Positions 9,880-19,273 of a stretch of 64,000 nucleotides of DNA are shown in pieces. The stretch's first letter is position 1. Every line of letters starts with the position of its first letter. Position numbers and translations under genes: made by a program. The DNA is taken from assembly GCA_964554565.1 (NCBI GenBank), contig CAZKPC010000001.1, positions 16,956 to 80,955 on the forward strand, read 5' to 3'. The notes beneath the pieces are model-generated. The model saw only the letters and a program-made list of their open reading frames with translations. It was not told where the DNA came from and did no database searches. Source of the stretch: an uncultured Halobacteriales archaeon. Lineage in GTDB: Archaea; Halobacteriota; Halobacteria; Halobacteriales; Hikarchaeaceae.

Positions 9880-10712
9880 GCCTGGCCAGCGACATCGAGG
9901 CCCTCTGGGCGGCTTACGAAGATGACGAACTCGGTGCCGAATGCACGGACGCGGACGACCTCGCGACCCTCGACCGCTTCCTGGACGCGCTCCAGGCCGG
10001 CGAGGTCCGCGCAGCCGAGCCGACCGGGGACGGAACGTGGACGGCCAACGCCTGGGTCAAACACGGCATCCTCCTCAACTTCGGCCTGCGGCGGACCCAA
10101 GCCCGGCGCTACGGTGACGTCACCTACCACGACGTCCTCCCGCTCGCTGACACGGGGTCGATCGGCGAACGCGGCAGCCGCAATACGCCGGATGGGACCG
10201 TGATCCGCCGCGGGGCGTACGTCGGGGCGGACGCCATCATGATGAGCCCCAGTTTCGTCAATATCGGCGCGTACGTCGGCGACGGCACCCTCGTGGACTC
10301 CTGTGATACGGTCGGTTCGTGCGCCCAGATCGGGGCCGACGTCAAACTGGGCGCCAACACGCTCGTCGGTGGCGTGCTCGAACCGGTCGAGGACACGCCG
10401 GTAGTGATCGAGGACGAGGCGTCGCTCGGCGCCGGGTGCCGGGTCACCTCGGGGTTCGTGGTCGGCGCCGGATCGGTGGTCGGCGAGAACACCCTCCTCA
10501 CCCCGCGGATCCCCGTGTACGATCTGGTGGAGGAGGAGATCGTCTACGGCCGCCTCCCGCCGGAACGGCGGGCCTTCACCCGGTTCGTCGAATCGAGCAT
10601 CGGCGACGAGGAGCTCTTCGACGGCGGGGCGTACAAGCCGGCCGTCGTCGCGACCGACCTCGAGGCCGAGACCCTGGAGGCCACCGCCCGCGAGGAGGCG
10701 CTGCGGGAATGA
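9876..10712 (+). CDS. dapD: 2,3,4,5-tetrahydropyridine-2,6-dicarboxylate N-acyltransferase (probably succinyltransferase)
   Basis: Hexapeptide-repeat beta-helix (GAYVGADAIMM, GAYVGDGTLVD, GADVKLGANTLVGG). ATGA overlap with dapB. The acyl donor cannot be decided from sequence. Confidence 0.85.
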   Translation: MSLASDIEALWAAYEDDELGAECTDADDLATLDRFLDALQAGEVRAAEPTGDGTWTANAWVKHGILLNFGLRRTQARRYGDVTYHDVLPLADTGSIGERGSRNTPDGTVIRRGAYVGADAIMMSPSFVNIGAYVGDGTLVDSCDTVGSCAQIGADVKLGANTLVGGVLEPVEDTPVVIEDEASLGAGCRVTSGFVVGAGSVVGENTLLTPRIPVYDLVEEEIVYGRLPPERRAFTRFVESSIGDEELFDGGAYKPAVVATDLEAETLEATAREEALRE

Positions 10713-11953
10713 GTGCGGCCAGGCGGGAGGCTTGGGGGCCGGCCGTGCGGCGGCTGGCGGACTGGCCACACGACCGCCTCGACACACTGGCCGGTGACCA
10801 CGGGACCCCGCTGTACGTGCTCGACCCGGAGCGGATCCGCGCGAACTATCGCCGCTTCGACGAGGCCTTCCCGCAGGCCCGCGTCATGTACGCGGCCAAG
10901 GCCCACGCCGGGCGGTCGGTGCTGGAAACCGTACTCGATGCTGGCGGCGACATCGAGTGTGCCGCCCGTGGCGAGCTCGAGCGGGCCATCGCGGCCGGTG
11001 CGGACCCGAGCTCGCTCCGATACACGGCGGTCAATCCGCCGGCGGAGGACCTGAATTACGCCGTGTCGCTGGCCGATGACCACCCTGGACTGACGATCAC
11101 GGCCGGCGCGATGGACACCTTCGACCGGCTCGAAGCGAGGGGATACGACGGCCGGATCGCGATCCGCGTCAATCCCGGGATCGGGACCGGTCACCACGAG
11201 AAGGTCGCTACTGGCCGCGACGCCAAGTTCGGCATCCAGGCCGACGCGGTGGTCGAAACGGCTACGGACCTCCGCGAGCGCTTCGAACTCGTCGGCCTCC
11301 ATGCTCACGTCGGGAGCGGCGTCCTGCAGGAGGACCTGGCGGACCACTACCGCGCCATCGAACGGCTCGCTGACCTGTCACGGCGGACGGGCGGCCTCGA
11401 GTTCGTCGACATCGGCGGCGGCTTCGGGGTCCCATACCGCGAGGATCAGCCGCCGCTCGACATCCACGCGGTGGCCGGGGCGGTCCGGGAGGCCGTCGGG
11501 CAGCTCGACGCGCGGCTGGAGCTCGAACCCGGCCGCTACGTCGCCGCCGACGCCGAGATCATCCTCACCCGGGTCAACACGGTCAAGCCGACGCCCGAGA
11601 CCACGGTCGTCGGCGTGGATGCCTCGCTGGCGACGCTGCTCCGCCCGGCGATGTTCGATGCCTACCACCCCATCCGGAACATCAGTGCCCCCGATCGAGA
11701 TCCCGTACCGGCGTCGGTCGGCGGGCCCTGCTGTACCAGCGCCGACGTGTTCTGCACCGATCGACCGATCGCCGCCCCGGAACGGGGCGATCTCCTGGCG
11801 ATCGGCAATGCGGGGGCGTATGGCTACGAGCTCGCGAACCAGTTCCACTCCCAACCCCGCCCGGCCGAAGTCGCCTTGACGGACGATGGAGCCCGGACCG
11901 TCCGGCGGCGTGAGACGCTCGCGGACGTGACTCGGGTCGAGGACGAGGTCTGA
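10709..11953 (+). CDS. lysA: Diaminopimelate decarboxylase
   Basis: PLP-lysine motif YAAKAH plus DIGGGFGVPY. Start ATG 10709 overlaps the dapD stop (ATGA). The 130 upstream codons of the track ORF are Arg-rich noise. Confidence 0.92.
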   Translation: MSAARREAWGPAVRRLADWPHDRLDTLAGDHGTPLYVLDPERIRANYRRFDEAFPQARVMYAAKAHAGRSVLETVLDAGGDIECAARGELERAIAAGADPSSLRYTAVNPPAEDLNYAVSLADDHPGLTITAGAMDTFDRLEARGYDGRIAIRVNPGIGTGHHEKVATGRDAKFGIQADAVVETATDLRERFELVGLHAHVGSGVLQEDLADHYRAIERLADLSRRTGGLEFVDIGGGFGVPYREDQPPLDIHAVAGAVREAVGQLDARLELEPGRYVAADAEIILTRVNTVKPTPETTVVGVDASLATLLRPAMFDAYHPIRNISAPDRDPVPASVGGPCCTSADVFCTDRPIAAPERGDLLAIGNAGAYGYELANQFHSQPRPAEVALTDDGARTVRRRETLADVTRVEDEV

Positions 11954-12026
11954 AAGCAGCTGGTCGGGTCGCCCACCGACCACGGGCTACTCACCAGTCA
12001 AAACCGCATGCCGGCTGTCAGACAAC

Positions 12027-12033
12027 GGAGGTG
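12027..12033 (+). promoter_or_regulatory. Shine-Dalgarno-like site GGAGGTG, 5 nt before ATG 12039
   Basis: Sequence acGGAGGTGcgcttATG. It is complementary to the expected haloarchaeal 16S 3-prime end (..GAUCACCUCC). Confidence 0.5.
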
Positions 12034-12038
12034 CGCTT

Positions 12039-12530
12039 ATGCCGCTCGGGATGGATTCGCCGGCTATGGTCAGGTATCGACAGCCCAGTTCAGAGTCGGC
12101 GCGACCGGACCCGGACCTCGCGGTCTACGGCCGGCTGGGGCTGCTGGTCACCGCCTGCACCTCGGTGCTGACGTTGGCCTTCGTAGGCGTGGTCGCCATC
12201 GCCTCCGGCCACGCCGTCGACATCACCCTCCGGGTCCCGTACTACGTCCTCGGCACGTCGCTGGCGTTCGTCGCTGGAATCCTCAGCCTGGACGGCCCGC
12301 GGCGCGACGGGCGGAAGGTCCTCCTCGTGGCTCTGGCTGTGGCCGGCGGGGCCTTCGTGTTCCTCGCTTTGGGGGTCGAAGGGCTTCGCTACGCGGTCCT
12401 CTACCCGGAGAACGTGTTGGTCTCGAGCAGCGGCCTCTACCTCATCGCGGCCGGACTCATCGGCACCGGTGTCGGGTATTGGGCCTTCAGCTACTGGCGT
12501 GATCTCACGCCGGCCGTGCGGTCACTCTAA
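12039..12530 (+). CDS. Small integral membrane protein (4 predicted helices), function unknown
   Basis: SD-led ATG and hydrophobic helices (LLVTACTSVLTLAFVGVVAIA, LLVALAVAGGAFVFLALGV, LYLIAAGLIGTGVGYWAF). The 3-prime end overlaps purB convergently by 9 nt. Confidence 0.65.
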   Translation: MPLGMDSPAMVRYRQPSSESARPDPDLAVYGRLGLLVTACTSVLTLAFVGVVAIASGHAVDITLRVPYYVLGTSLAFVAGILSLDGPRRDGRKVLLVALAVAGGAFVFLALGVEGLRYAVLYPENVLVSSSGLYLIAAGLIGTGVGYWAFSYWRDLTPAVRSL

Positions 12531-13901
12531 CTCGTCGACGAGTTCGGCCGCGAGGCCGACGTAATCAGCCGGCTGCAGCGACTTGAGCTCGGCTTTCACT
12601 GCCGAATCCGTTTCGAGCTCCTCGATCGCCGCTCGGAGCGAGTCGAGCGTGACATCCTGGCCCCGCGTGAGCGCTTTCACTCGTTCGTACGCATCGGGAT
12701 CGCCCTCCCGGCGAAGCACCGTTTGGACGGCCTCGGCCAGTACCTCCGGGTGGGCCTCGAGGTCCGCCCGCATCGCCGCCGTATCGGGTGCGATGGCCTC
12801 GAGCCCCTCGAGCGTCTTCTCGTAGCCGAGCAGACAATGGGCGAGGGCGGTCCCGATCGTGCGCTTGACCGTCGAATCGGAGAGGTCCCGCTGGAGTCGT
12901 GAGGTGGTCACCGTGGCCCCGAGGTGATCGAGATCGGCCGTGGCCTTCCCGAGGTTACCCTCGGCGTTCTCGAAGTCGATCGGGTTGACCTTGTGGGGCA
13001 TCGTCGAAGAGCCGGTCTCGTCCTCGCCGCCCCGCTGGCGCAGGTAGCCCATCGCGACGTACTGCCAGCAATCCCGATCGAGGTCCGTCAAGGCTCGATT
13101 GAGCCCACGCAGTGCGTCGAAGACGGCGGCCAGGTCATCACCGGGATTGACCTGGGTGGCCAATGGCTGGTGGCGGAAGCCGAGCGATTCGACGAACTCC
13201 TTACTGAAGGCCGGCCAGTCGACCGCCGGCAGCGCGGCCACGTGGGCTCCATACGTACCGGTGGCCCCCGCGATTTTCCCTGACAGGTTGCCGGTCGCTG
13301 CCGCGAGACGATCGAGGCCCGCATCCAGACGGGCCGCGAAGACGGCGAGTTCCTTGCCGAAGGTTGTGGGGGTGGCCGGCTGGCCGTGGGTCCGGGCCAG
13401 CATCGGCGTCGACCGGTGCTCCCGCGCCAGGGCTACGAGCCGTTCCCGCACCGATTCGAGGCGGGGCGCCAGCACCTCGTCGACGGCCTCCCGTACCAAC
13501 AGCCGATGGGCCAGATTGGTGACGTCCTCGCTGGTGAGCCCGAAATGGATCCACGGATGGGCGTGCTCGAGGTCGTCGAGCCGAACCCGGAGGAAGTATT
13601 CGACGGCCTTGACGTCGTGATTCGTCGCCGGCCACTCGCCGAAACCCTCGGTCTCGATCTGTTTGATCAGCCGGGCGTCATCGGCATCGAACGCCGTGAT
13701 TACGGACCGGCAGCGATCGACCTCCTCAGCCGTCATCGTCAGCGGCACCCCTTCGGCGTCGGCCAGGGCCAACAGGTACTCCACCTCGATCCGAACCCGG
13801 GCCCGCATCAACGCCGCTTCGCTGGTGTATGGCTGCAGCGGCGCGGTCCGGTCCGCGTAGCGGCCATCCAGCGGCGAGACGGCGTCCAGGGGGTCGGTCA
13901 T
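12522..13901 (-). CDS. purB: Adenylosuccinate lyase
   Basis: Fumarate-lyase signature GSSTMPHKVNP. Start ATG 13901 (MTDPLDAVSPLDGRY). The upstream 326 codons of the 785-aa track ORF are rejected. Confidence 0.93.
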   Translation of the reverse strand: MTDPLDAVSPLDGRYADRTAPLQPYTSEAALMRARVRIEVEYLLALADAEGVPLTMTAEEVDRCRSVITAFDADDARLIKQIETEGFGEWPATNHDVKAVEYFLRVRLDDLEHAHPWIHFGLTSEDVTNLAHRLLVREAVDEVLAPRLESVRERLVALAREHRSTPMLARTHGQPATPTTFGKELAVFAARLDAGLDRLAAATGNLSGKIAGATGTYGAHVAALPAVDWPAFSKEFVESLGFRHQPLATQVNPGDDLAAVFDALRGLNRALTDLDRDCWQYVAMGYLRQRGGEDETGSSTMPHKVNPIDFENAEGNLGKATADLDHLGATVTTSRLQRDLSDSTVKRTIGTALAHCLLGYEKTLEGLEAIAPDTAAMRADLEAHPEVLAEAVQTVLRREGDPDAYERVKALTRGQDVTLDSLRAAIEELETDSAVKAELKSLQPADYVGLAAELVDELE

Positions 13902-14021
13902 CCCCGTGATGCTGCCGTCGGCCGAACGAAAAGGGTACCGGAGCCGGCCGGGCTCGGCCCGCTGCGCAGTTACAACCGCGACGACCAGTAGCCATTTGGT
14001 GGCCGGGCCGGGAGGCGGAGC

Positions 14022-15620
14022 ATGCACTTGGCGGGCGTGGCCAGCGACCGCGGACCGGTCCTGCGCCACCTCCATCGTCGCCGCCCGGCCGGGGCGCAGC
14101 TCGGGGTCGTCGTCAGTGACGATGCGGACGCTCCGATCCTGGAGTGGGCGGAGGATCGCGACATCGAAACCGCTCTCTTGCCGACCGAAGCGGACGGGTC
14201 TTCGCCTGCCGAACGCTTGGCGGACCAGCTCGCCGACACTCCGATCGATCTGGTCTGTCTCGACGGCTACGGCGGACCCCTGACCGACGCGGACATCGAG
14301 GGGCTGCCACCGACTCTGGACCGCCACGACGCCCTCCTCCCGGCTTTTTCCGGCCCCGACCCGATCAGGGCCGCTCTCGACGCCGGCGTGGCGGTGACTG
14401 GGTGTACGGTGACCGCTATCGCCAGCCGGGACGAACGGGCCGGCGGGGGCGAGGCCGGTCGCATTCTGGCCCAGGAACCCGTGCCCGTTTCCGGGGCCGA
14501 CACTGAGGGGTTGGCCGACCGGGTCCTTCGGCAGGGGGCGTTCCGAGCGTATCCGCGGGCCGTCGAACAGATCGCGCAGACCGATGCTGAACAGGAGAAC
14601 GAGCCAAACACGACCGGCTCGGGCGGCGCTGAGGCCGATTCTTTGCCCCAATGGCACCTCCCGAGCGGCGACCGCGTCGAACAGCTCCGCTACGGGGAGA
14701 ACCCCCATCAGGCGGCGGCCGTTTACACTGACCGGGCCGCCATTGAACCGACCGTCATCGGAGCGGAAGAGCTCAATCCCGAGGCCAAGCCCCTCTCGTA
14801 TAACAATTACAACGACGCCGACGCCGCCCTTGGACTGATCCGCGAGTTCGATCGGCCGGCGGCCGCGGTCATCAAACACGCCAACCCGACGGGCTGTGCC
14901 GTGGCCGACACGGTCGCCGAGGCCTATGCTCGCGCGCTCCGCACCGACGAGATGAGCGCCTTCGGCGGCATCGTTGCCCTGAACCGGCGGGTCGATCGAA
15001 CCGCGGCTGAACGGATCGGCGATTCCTTCAAGGAGGTTATCATCGCACCCGGCTACACCGACAGGGCGCTCGAGGTCTTGCTAGAGCGTGATGACCTGCG
15101 AATCCTCGCTGTGGACGAGTCAATCCCCGAACCGGGGTCCCCGGCCACCTTCAGCGATCGGTCGATCGCCGGCGGCCGGCTCGTCCAGGAGCGAGACGAT
15201 CAAGAGCTCGCGACGGCGGACCTCGAGAGCCAGACCGATCGCGCGCCATCCGCCACCGAGCTCGAGACGATGGCGTTCGCCTGGCCAGTCGTGAAACACG
15301 TCAAGTCCAACGCGATCGTCCTCGCGACGGAGACCGAAACGGTCGGCATCGGAATGGGCCAGGTGTCCCGGATCGATGCCGTGCGCCTCGCCACGCGGAA
15401 GGCCCGCGAACAGGCCGTCGGCAAAAATCCGGACGGGGCGGTCATGGCTTCGGACGCCTTCTTCCCCTTCCCGGACGGGATCGAGGCCGCCGCCGAAGCG
15501 GGGATCCGGGCCGTGGTCCAGCCGGGCGGGTCAGTCAACGACGATGCCGTGATCGAGGCCTGCGACGCACGGGGAATCTCCATGGCGTTCACCGGGCGAC
15601 GGGCCTTCAGGCACGGGTGA
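14022..15620 (+). CDS. purH: PurN-like formyltransferase domain fused to AICAR transformylase (PurH transformylase half, no IMP cyclohydrolase domain)
   Basis: The N-terminal ~190 aa resemble PurN (LDRHDALLPAFSG versus the NIHPSLLP region). The C-terminal part carries AICARFT motifs LRYGENPHQ, KHANPTGCA and VVQPGGS. Confidence 0.85.
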   Translation: MHLAGVASDRGPVLRHLHRRRPAGAQLGVVVSDDADAPILEWAEDRDIETALLPTEADGSSPAERLADQLADTPIDLVCLDGYGGPLTDADIEGLPPTLDRHDALLPAFSGPDPIRAALDAGVAVTGCTVTAIASRDERAGGGEAGRILAQEPVPVSGADTEGLADRVLRQGAFRAYPRAVEQIAQTDAEQENEPNTTGSGGAEADSLPQWHLPSGDRVEQLRYGENPHQAAAVYTDRAAIEPTVIGAEELNPEAKPLSYNNYNDADAALGLIREFDRPAAAVIKHANPTGCAVADTVAEAYARALRTDEMSAFGGIVALNRRVDRTAAERIGDSFKEVIIAPGYTDRALEVLLERDDLRILAVDESIPEPGSPATFSDRSIAGGRLVQERDDQELATADLESQTDRAPSATELETMAFAWPVVKHVKSNAIVLATETETVGIGMGQVSRIDAVRLATRKAREQAVGKNPDGAVMASDAFFPFPDGIEAAAEAGIRAVVQPGGSVNDDAVIEACDARGISMAFTGRRAFRHG

Positions 15621-15682
15621 GCCGAGCGTGAAAGGCGGCGGTTCGATAGGCCTAAGCGGGCCCCGTTAGTTCGAGCCCGCAT

Positions 15683-18130
15683 ATGGAGTACCACGAGGCG
15701 GCGAGCTTCCTCTTCGACCTCCGCCGGTTCCGGATGAAACCCGGGACGGAGTCGACGGCGCGGCTGCTCGCCGACCTCGGGACCCCACACACGGGGCCGA
15801 CGTACGTACAGATCGCTGGATCCAACGGGAAAGGCAGCACGGCGAAGATGGTCGAAACCGTGCTGCGGGAGGCGGGCCTCAAGGTCGGGCTCTTCACCTC
15901 GCCCCATCTCGACGACCTGCGGGACCAGGTCACGATCGACGGCCGGCCGATGTCGAAACAGGCGGTCAGTCGGTTCGTCGAGGAGATCCAGCCCTTGGTC
16001 TCCCAGCGGGCCGCCGAGGAGGACGGAGCGACGTTCTTCGAGGTGCTCACGACGATGGCGCTCTGGCACTTCGGTCGGCAGGACGTCGACGTGGGGGTCC
16101 TCGAGGTCGGCATCGGCGGTCGCTACGACGCGACGAGCGTGGTCGATCCGGCCGTCAGCGCCGTCACGGCCGTCTCCCTCGAACACACCGAGTTACTCGG
16201 CGATACTGTCGAAGAGATCGCGCGGGACAAGGCCCAGGTCGCTCCGGACGACGGGCCGCTCGTCACCGCCACGACCGGGGAGGCGTTGGCGGCGGTCCGA
16301 TCGGTCGCTGATATGGTGACGGTCGTCGGCGATTCGGAGGACGACAGCGACCCGTCGGTGGTCGTCGAGTACGGGGGCCTGACCGAGACCGGCGAGGCCC
16401 GAGTCGCCATCGAAGGCCCTGACTGGGCCGTCCGGACGCCGATCAGCCTGGTCGGCCGCCATCAGGCCAGAAACGCCGGGGTGGCGGCGGCCATCGTCCG
16501 GGCGCTCCACGACGTGGACGAGGACACCATGGCTCGGGGACTCCGGAGTGCCCACTGGCCCGGCCGGTTCGAGCTGATGGGCCGGGAGCCGCTGATCGTC
16601 CTGGACGGCGCCCACAACCCGGCGGCGATCGCCGAGCTCGCCCGGACGCTGCAGGAGTTCGAGTACGGCGAGCTCACCGTCGTGTTCGGCGCGATGCACG
16701 ACAAAGACCATCCGTCGATGGTCGAGGGACTCCCTGGGCCGGACCGGGTCATCACCTGTGAACCGGCCACCGACCGCGCGGCGGATCAGGCGGTACTGAC
16801 GCGGGCGTTCCGCGATGCCGGGATCGATACCGTGGAGAGCGAACCCGCTGTCGAGGACGCGGTCGAGGCGGCGATCGCCGACGCCGGCCCGGAGACGTGC
16901 GTGCTGGTTACTGGGTCTCTCTATGTAGTCGCCGAAGCCCGGCGTCGCTGGAGCCGAACGGAGACCGAGAAACGGGTGGAGTCCGTTGCAGCCGGGCGCG
17001 ACGTGCTCGAGCGGGCCCACGTGGCGCCGACCTCGACCCGATCGCTCGGTCGCGAAGCTCACCACCGGGTCGTCTCGACCCGCGTCCTCCCCAGGCAGGC
17101 CGTGGGGCTGCGGGAAGCGATGCTGCGGGCGGGCGGGGAGTGTGCGGTCTCCGCCGTGTCGACCCAGTCGGCCGAATACGTCGACGTGGTGCTCATGGGG
17201 ACCCAGTCCCAGTTCGACGCGGCCCTCGAGGACCTCGCCTCCCGCCCCGACGGCCTCGCGTCGGTCGCGGACAGCCTGTCGGCCTCACTGGCCGGTCCCG
17301 AGGCCGGAGCCAGCGAGTACCCGTGGACCGAAGGAACAGCCGTCATGGGCATCGTCAACGTGACGCCCGATTCCTTCCATGACGGCGGTCGGTTCGGCGA
17401 TCAGCAGGACGCGGTCAATGGAGGTGAGCGGATGGCGGCCGCCGGGGCGGATATCATCGACATCGGTGGCGAGAGTACCCGACCGGGGGCCGACCCGGTG
17501 AGTCCAGCCACCGAACGGGACCGGGTGGTCCCGGTCATCGAGTCGCTGGCGTCGGTCGACCCGCTGATCTCAGTAGATACCCGCCGGGCCTCCGTCGCCG
17601 AGGCGGCCCTCGAAGCCGGCGCCGACCTGATCAACGACGTCTCGGGGCTGGGGGACCCGGCGATGCGGTTCGTGGCCGCCGAGCACGACGTCCCGCTGGT
17701 CGTCATGCACAGCATCGATACCCCGGTGGACCCGGATCGGACGCCCGAATACGACGACGTGGTCGGGGACGTCGTTGACGCCCTGTCCGAACGCGTGTTG
17801 CTCGCGGAACGGGCCGGCCTCGATCGCTCCCAGATCGTCGTCGATCCCGGGCTCGGCTTCGGCAAGACGGCCGCGGAGAACTTCACGCTGCTCGACCGGG
17901 TCGACGAGCTCCAGGCCCTCGGCTGTCCGGTGATGGTCGGGCATTCCCACAAATCGATGTTCGAGGCCCTCGGCTACAGTCCCGACGACCGGTCGGACGC
18001 GACGGTGGCGGCGACCGCGCTCGCTGCCATGCGGGGCGCGGACATCATCCGGGTACACGACGTGCCGGAGAACTTGGCCGCCGTCCGCACCGTTGCCGCT
18101 GCCACTGGCGAGGACACCGCCTTTGAGTAG
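15683..18130 (+). CDS. folCP: Bifunctional folylpolyglutamate/dihydrofolate synthase - dihydropteroate synthase fusion
   Basis: Mur-ligase P-loop IAGSNGKGST in the N-terminal ~430 aa. Pterin-binding DHPS domain (MGIVNVTPDSFHDGG, DIIDIGGESTRPG, GHSHKS) in the C-terminal ~280 aa. Confidence 0.9.
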   Translation: MEYHEAASFLFDLRRFRMKPGTESTARLLADLGTPHTGPTYVQIAGSNGKGSTAKMVETVLREAGLKVGLFTSPHLDDLRDQVTIDGRPMSKQAVSRFVEEIQPLVSQRAAEEDGATFFEVLTTMALWHFGRQDVDVGVLEVGIGGRYDATSVVDPAVSAVTAVSLEHTELLGDTVEEIARDKAQVAPDDGPLVTATTGEALAAVRSVADMVTVVGDSEDDSDPSVVVEYGGLTETGEARVAIEGPDWAVRTPISLVGRHQARNAGVAAAIVRALHDVDEDTMARGLRSAHWPGRFELMGREPLIVLDGAHNPAAIAELARTLQEFEYGELTVVFGAMHDKDHPSMVEGLPGPDRVITCEPATDRAADQAVLTRAFRDAGIDTVESEPAVEDAVEAAIADAGPETCVLVTGSLYVVAEARRRWSRTETEKRVESVAAGRDVLERAHVAPTSTRSLGREAHHRVVSTRVLPRQAVGLREAMLRAGGECAVSAVSTQSAEYVDVVLMGTQSQFDAALEDLASRPDGLASVADSLSASLAGPEAGASEYPWTEGTAVMGIVNVTPDSFHDGGRFGDQQDAVNGGERMAAAGADIIDIGGESTRPGADPVSPATERDRVVPVIESLASVDPLISVDTRRASVAEAALEAGADLINDVSGLGDPAMRFVAAEHDVPLVVMHSIDTPVDPDRTPEYDDVVGDVVDALSERVLLAERAGLDRSQIVVDPGLGFGKTAAENFTLLDRVDELQALGCPVMVGHSHKSMFEALGYSPDDRSDATVAATALAAMRGADIIRVHDVPENLAAVRTVAAATGEDTAFE

Positions 18131-18148
18131 ATCGGTTCGCGGGCACGG

Positions 18149-19210
18149 CTACGCGCCGGCCCCGACGTCGCCGTAAGCGTCGAGGTATCGGTCGAGGACG
18201 TTGGCGACGTCGTACGCCGCATACCTCTCGTCGAGGGTCCGCTGCTCGAACTCCGTGGCTGCGCGGATCGCAGCGGCAAGCCCCTCTTCCTCGGTGACCC
18301 GGAGCCCCCGGTCGCGCTGTTCGATGAGCTCGTGGGCGGCCGAATTGGCGTGGTACTCGACGATCCCGACACAGCCACACGCGAGCGCGCGCAGGAGTTC
18401 AACGGCGAACGGCGTCTCCTGGGCCGTGTGGGCGTAGGCATGGGCGCCACGGAGGAGCGCGAGGCGGCGGTTCAACGGCTGGTCCCCGAGGAACCGCACT
18501 CGGTCGGCGATCCGGAGTTCCTCCGCCTGGGACTCGTACCGGTCCCGATCCGGGCCGTCACCCACCACCGCCACCTCCCAATCGAGCTCCCTGAACTCCG
18601 CCAGGGAAAGCAGGAGACTCTCGAGGTTCGATCCGGCGTCGAGCCGGCGGGAATACACCAGGTCGGCCTGCGGGTCCGGATCGACCGCCCTGATGGCGTC
18701 CATGTCGATGGGCGACGGGATGACGGGCACCCCGGCTGTCGCTCGCCCGACCTCGCGGAGTGCGGTCTGCACAAGTCGCGACGGCGGCACCACCAGGTCC
18801 GGAGCGAGCACGGCGAGCCGGCGGAGCCGCTCGGGCCAGCCCGTCGACGGCTGTACGTCGTACCAGTCGACCGCGAGCGGGACGCCGCGGAGGGCGGCCG
18901 TCGCCGCCGCGGCAGCCACGACCAGCGGCGTCGTGTGGTTCGTGTGGATCACGTCCGGGTCGAACTCCCGGAGCGCGGCCGGGAGTCGAGCGGCCAACTG
19001 CCGTGGGCGGGGCGCAGGATCAGTCGCGAGGATGCGGAAGTTCACCGCCGACGCTTCGACGCTGGAGGGCCGATCCACCCACCACGCGGGACCGAACCGG
19101 GTAACCGTATGGCCCCGGTCGGCCAATGCCGTCGCGAGCCAATCGAGGCGGTCGGCCCCATCCGGATCGAGGGAGGGTCGCGGGCCAACGCCGACGACGG
19201 CGACGCGCAT
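18149..19210 (-). CDS. Glycosyltransferase (GT-B fold, GT4-like)
   Basis: Start ATG 19210 (MRVAVVGVG..GHTV). Two Rossmann-like halves with a C-terminal sugar-nucleotide binding region. The upstream 210 codons of the track ORF are rejected. Confidence 0.8.
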   Translation of the reverse strand: MRVAVVGVGPRPSLDPDGADRLDWLATALADRGHTVTRFGPAWWVDRPSSVEASAVNFRILATDPAPRPRQLAARLPAALREFDPDVIHTNHTTPLVVAAAAATAALRGVPLAVDWYDVQPSTGWPERLRRLAVLAPDLVVPPSRLVQTALREVGRATAGVPVIPSPIDMDAIRAVDPDPQADLVYSRRLDAGSNLESLLLSLAEFRELDWEVAVVGDGPDRDRYESQAEELRIADRVRFLGDQPLNRRLALLRGAHAYAHTAQETPFAVELLRALACGCVGIVEYHANSAAHELIEQRDRGLRVTEEEGLAAAIRAATEFEQRTLDERYAAYDVANVLDRYLDAYGDVGAGA

Positions 19211-19273
19211 GCGCCCCGCCACGCAGCGGGGTGCTAAGAATGGCTGGGCTTCCGGCCGGCCCGACAACGGCTT

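Noticed and set aside
13902-14879. N-terminal 326 codons of the 785-aa ORF containing purB. Similar long 5-prime extensions occur on the glycosyltransferase (19211-19840), epimerase (27046-27261), nfi (55697-55903), CPBP (62244-62708) and lysA (10319-10708) ORFs.
   Set aside because: In each case the conserved family N-terminus begins at an internal ATG. The extensions overlap neighbouring real genes or promoters and are Arg-rich.
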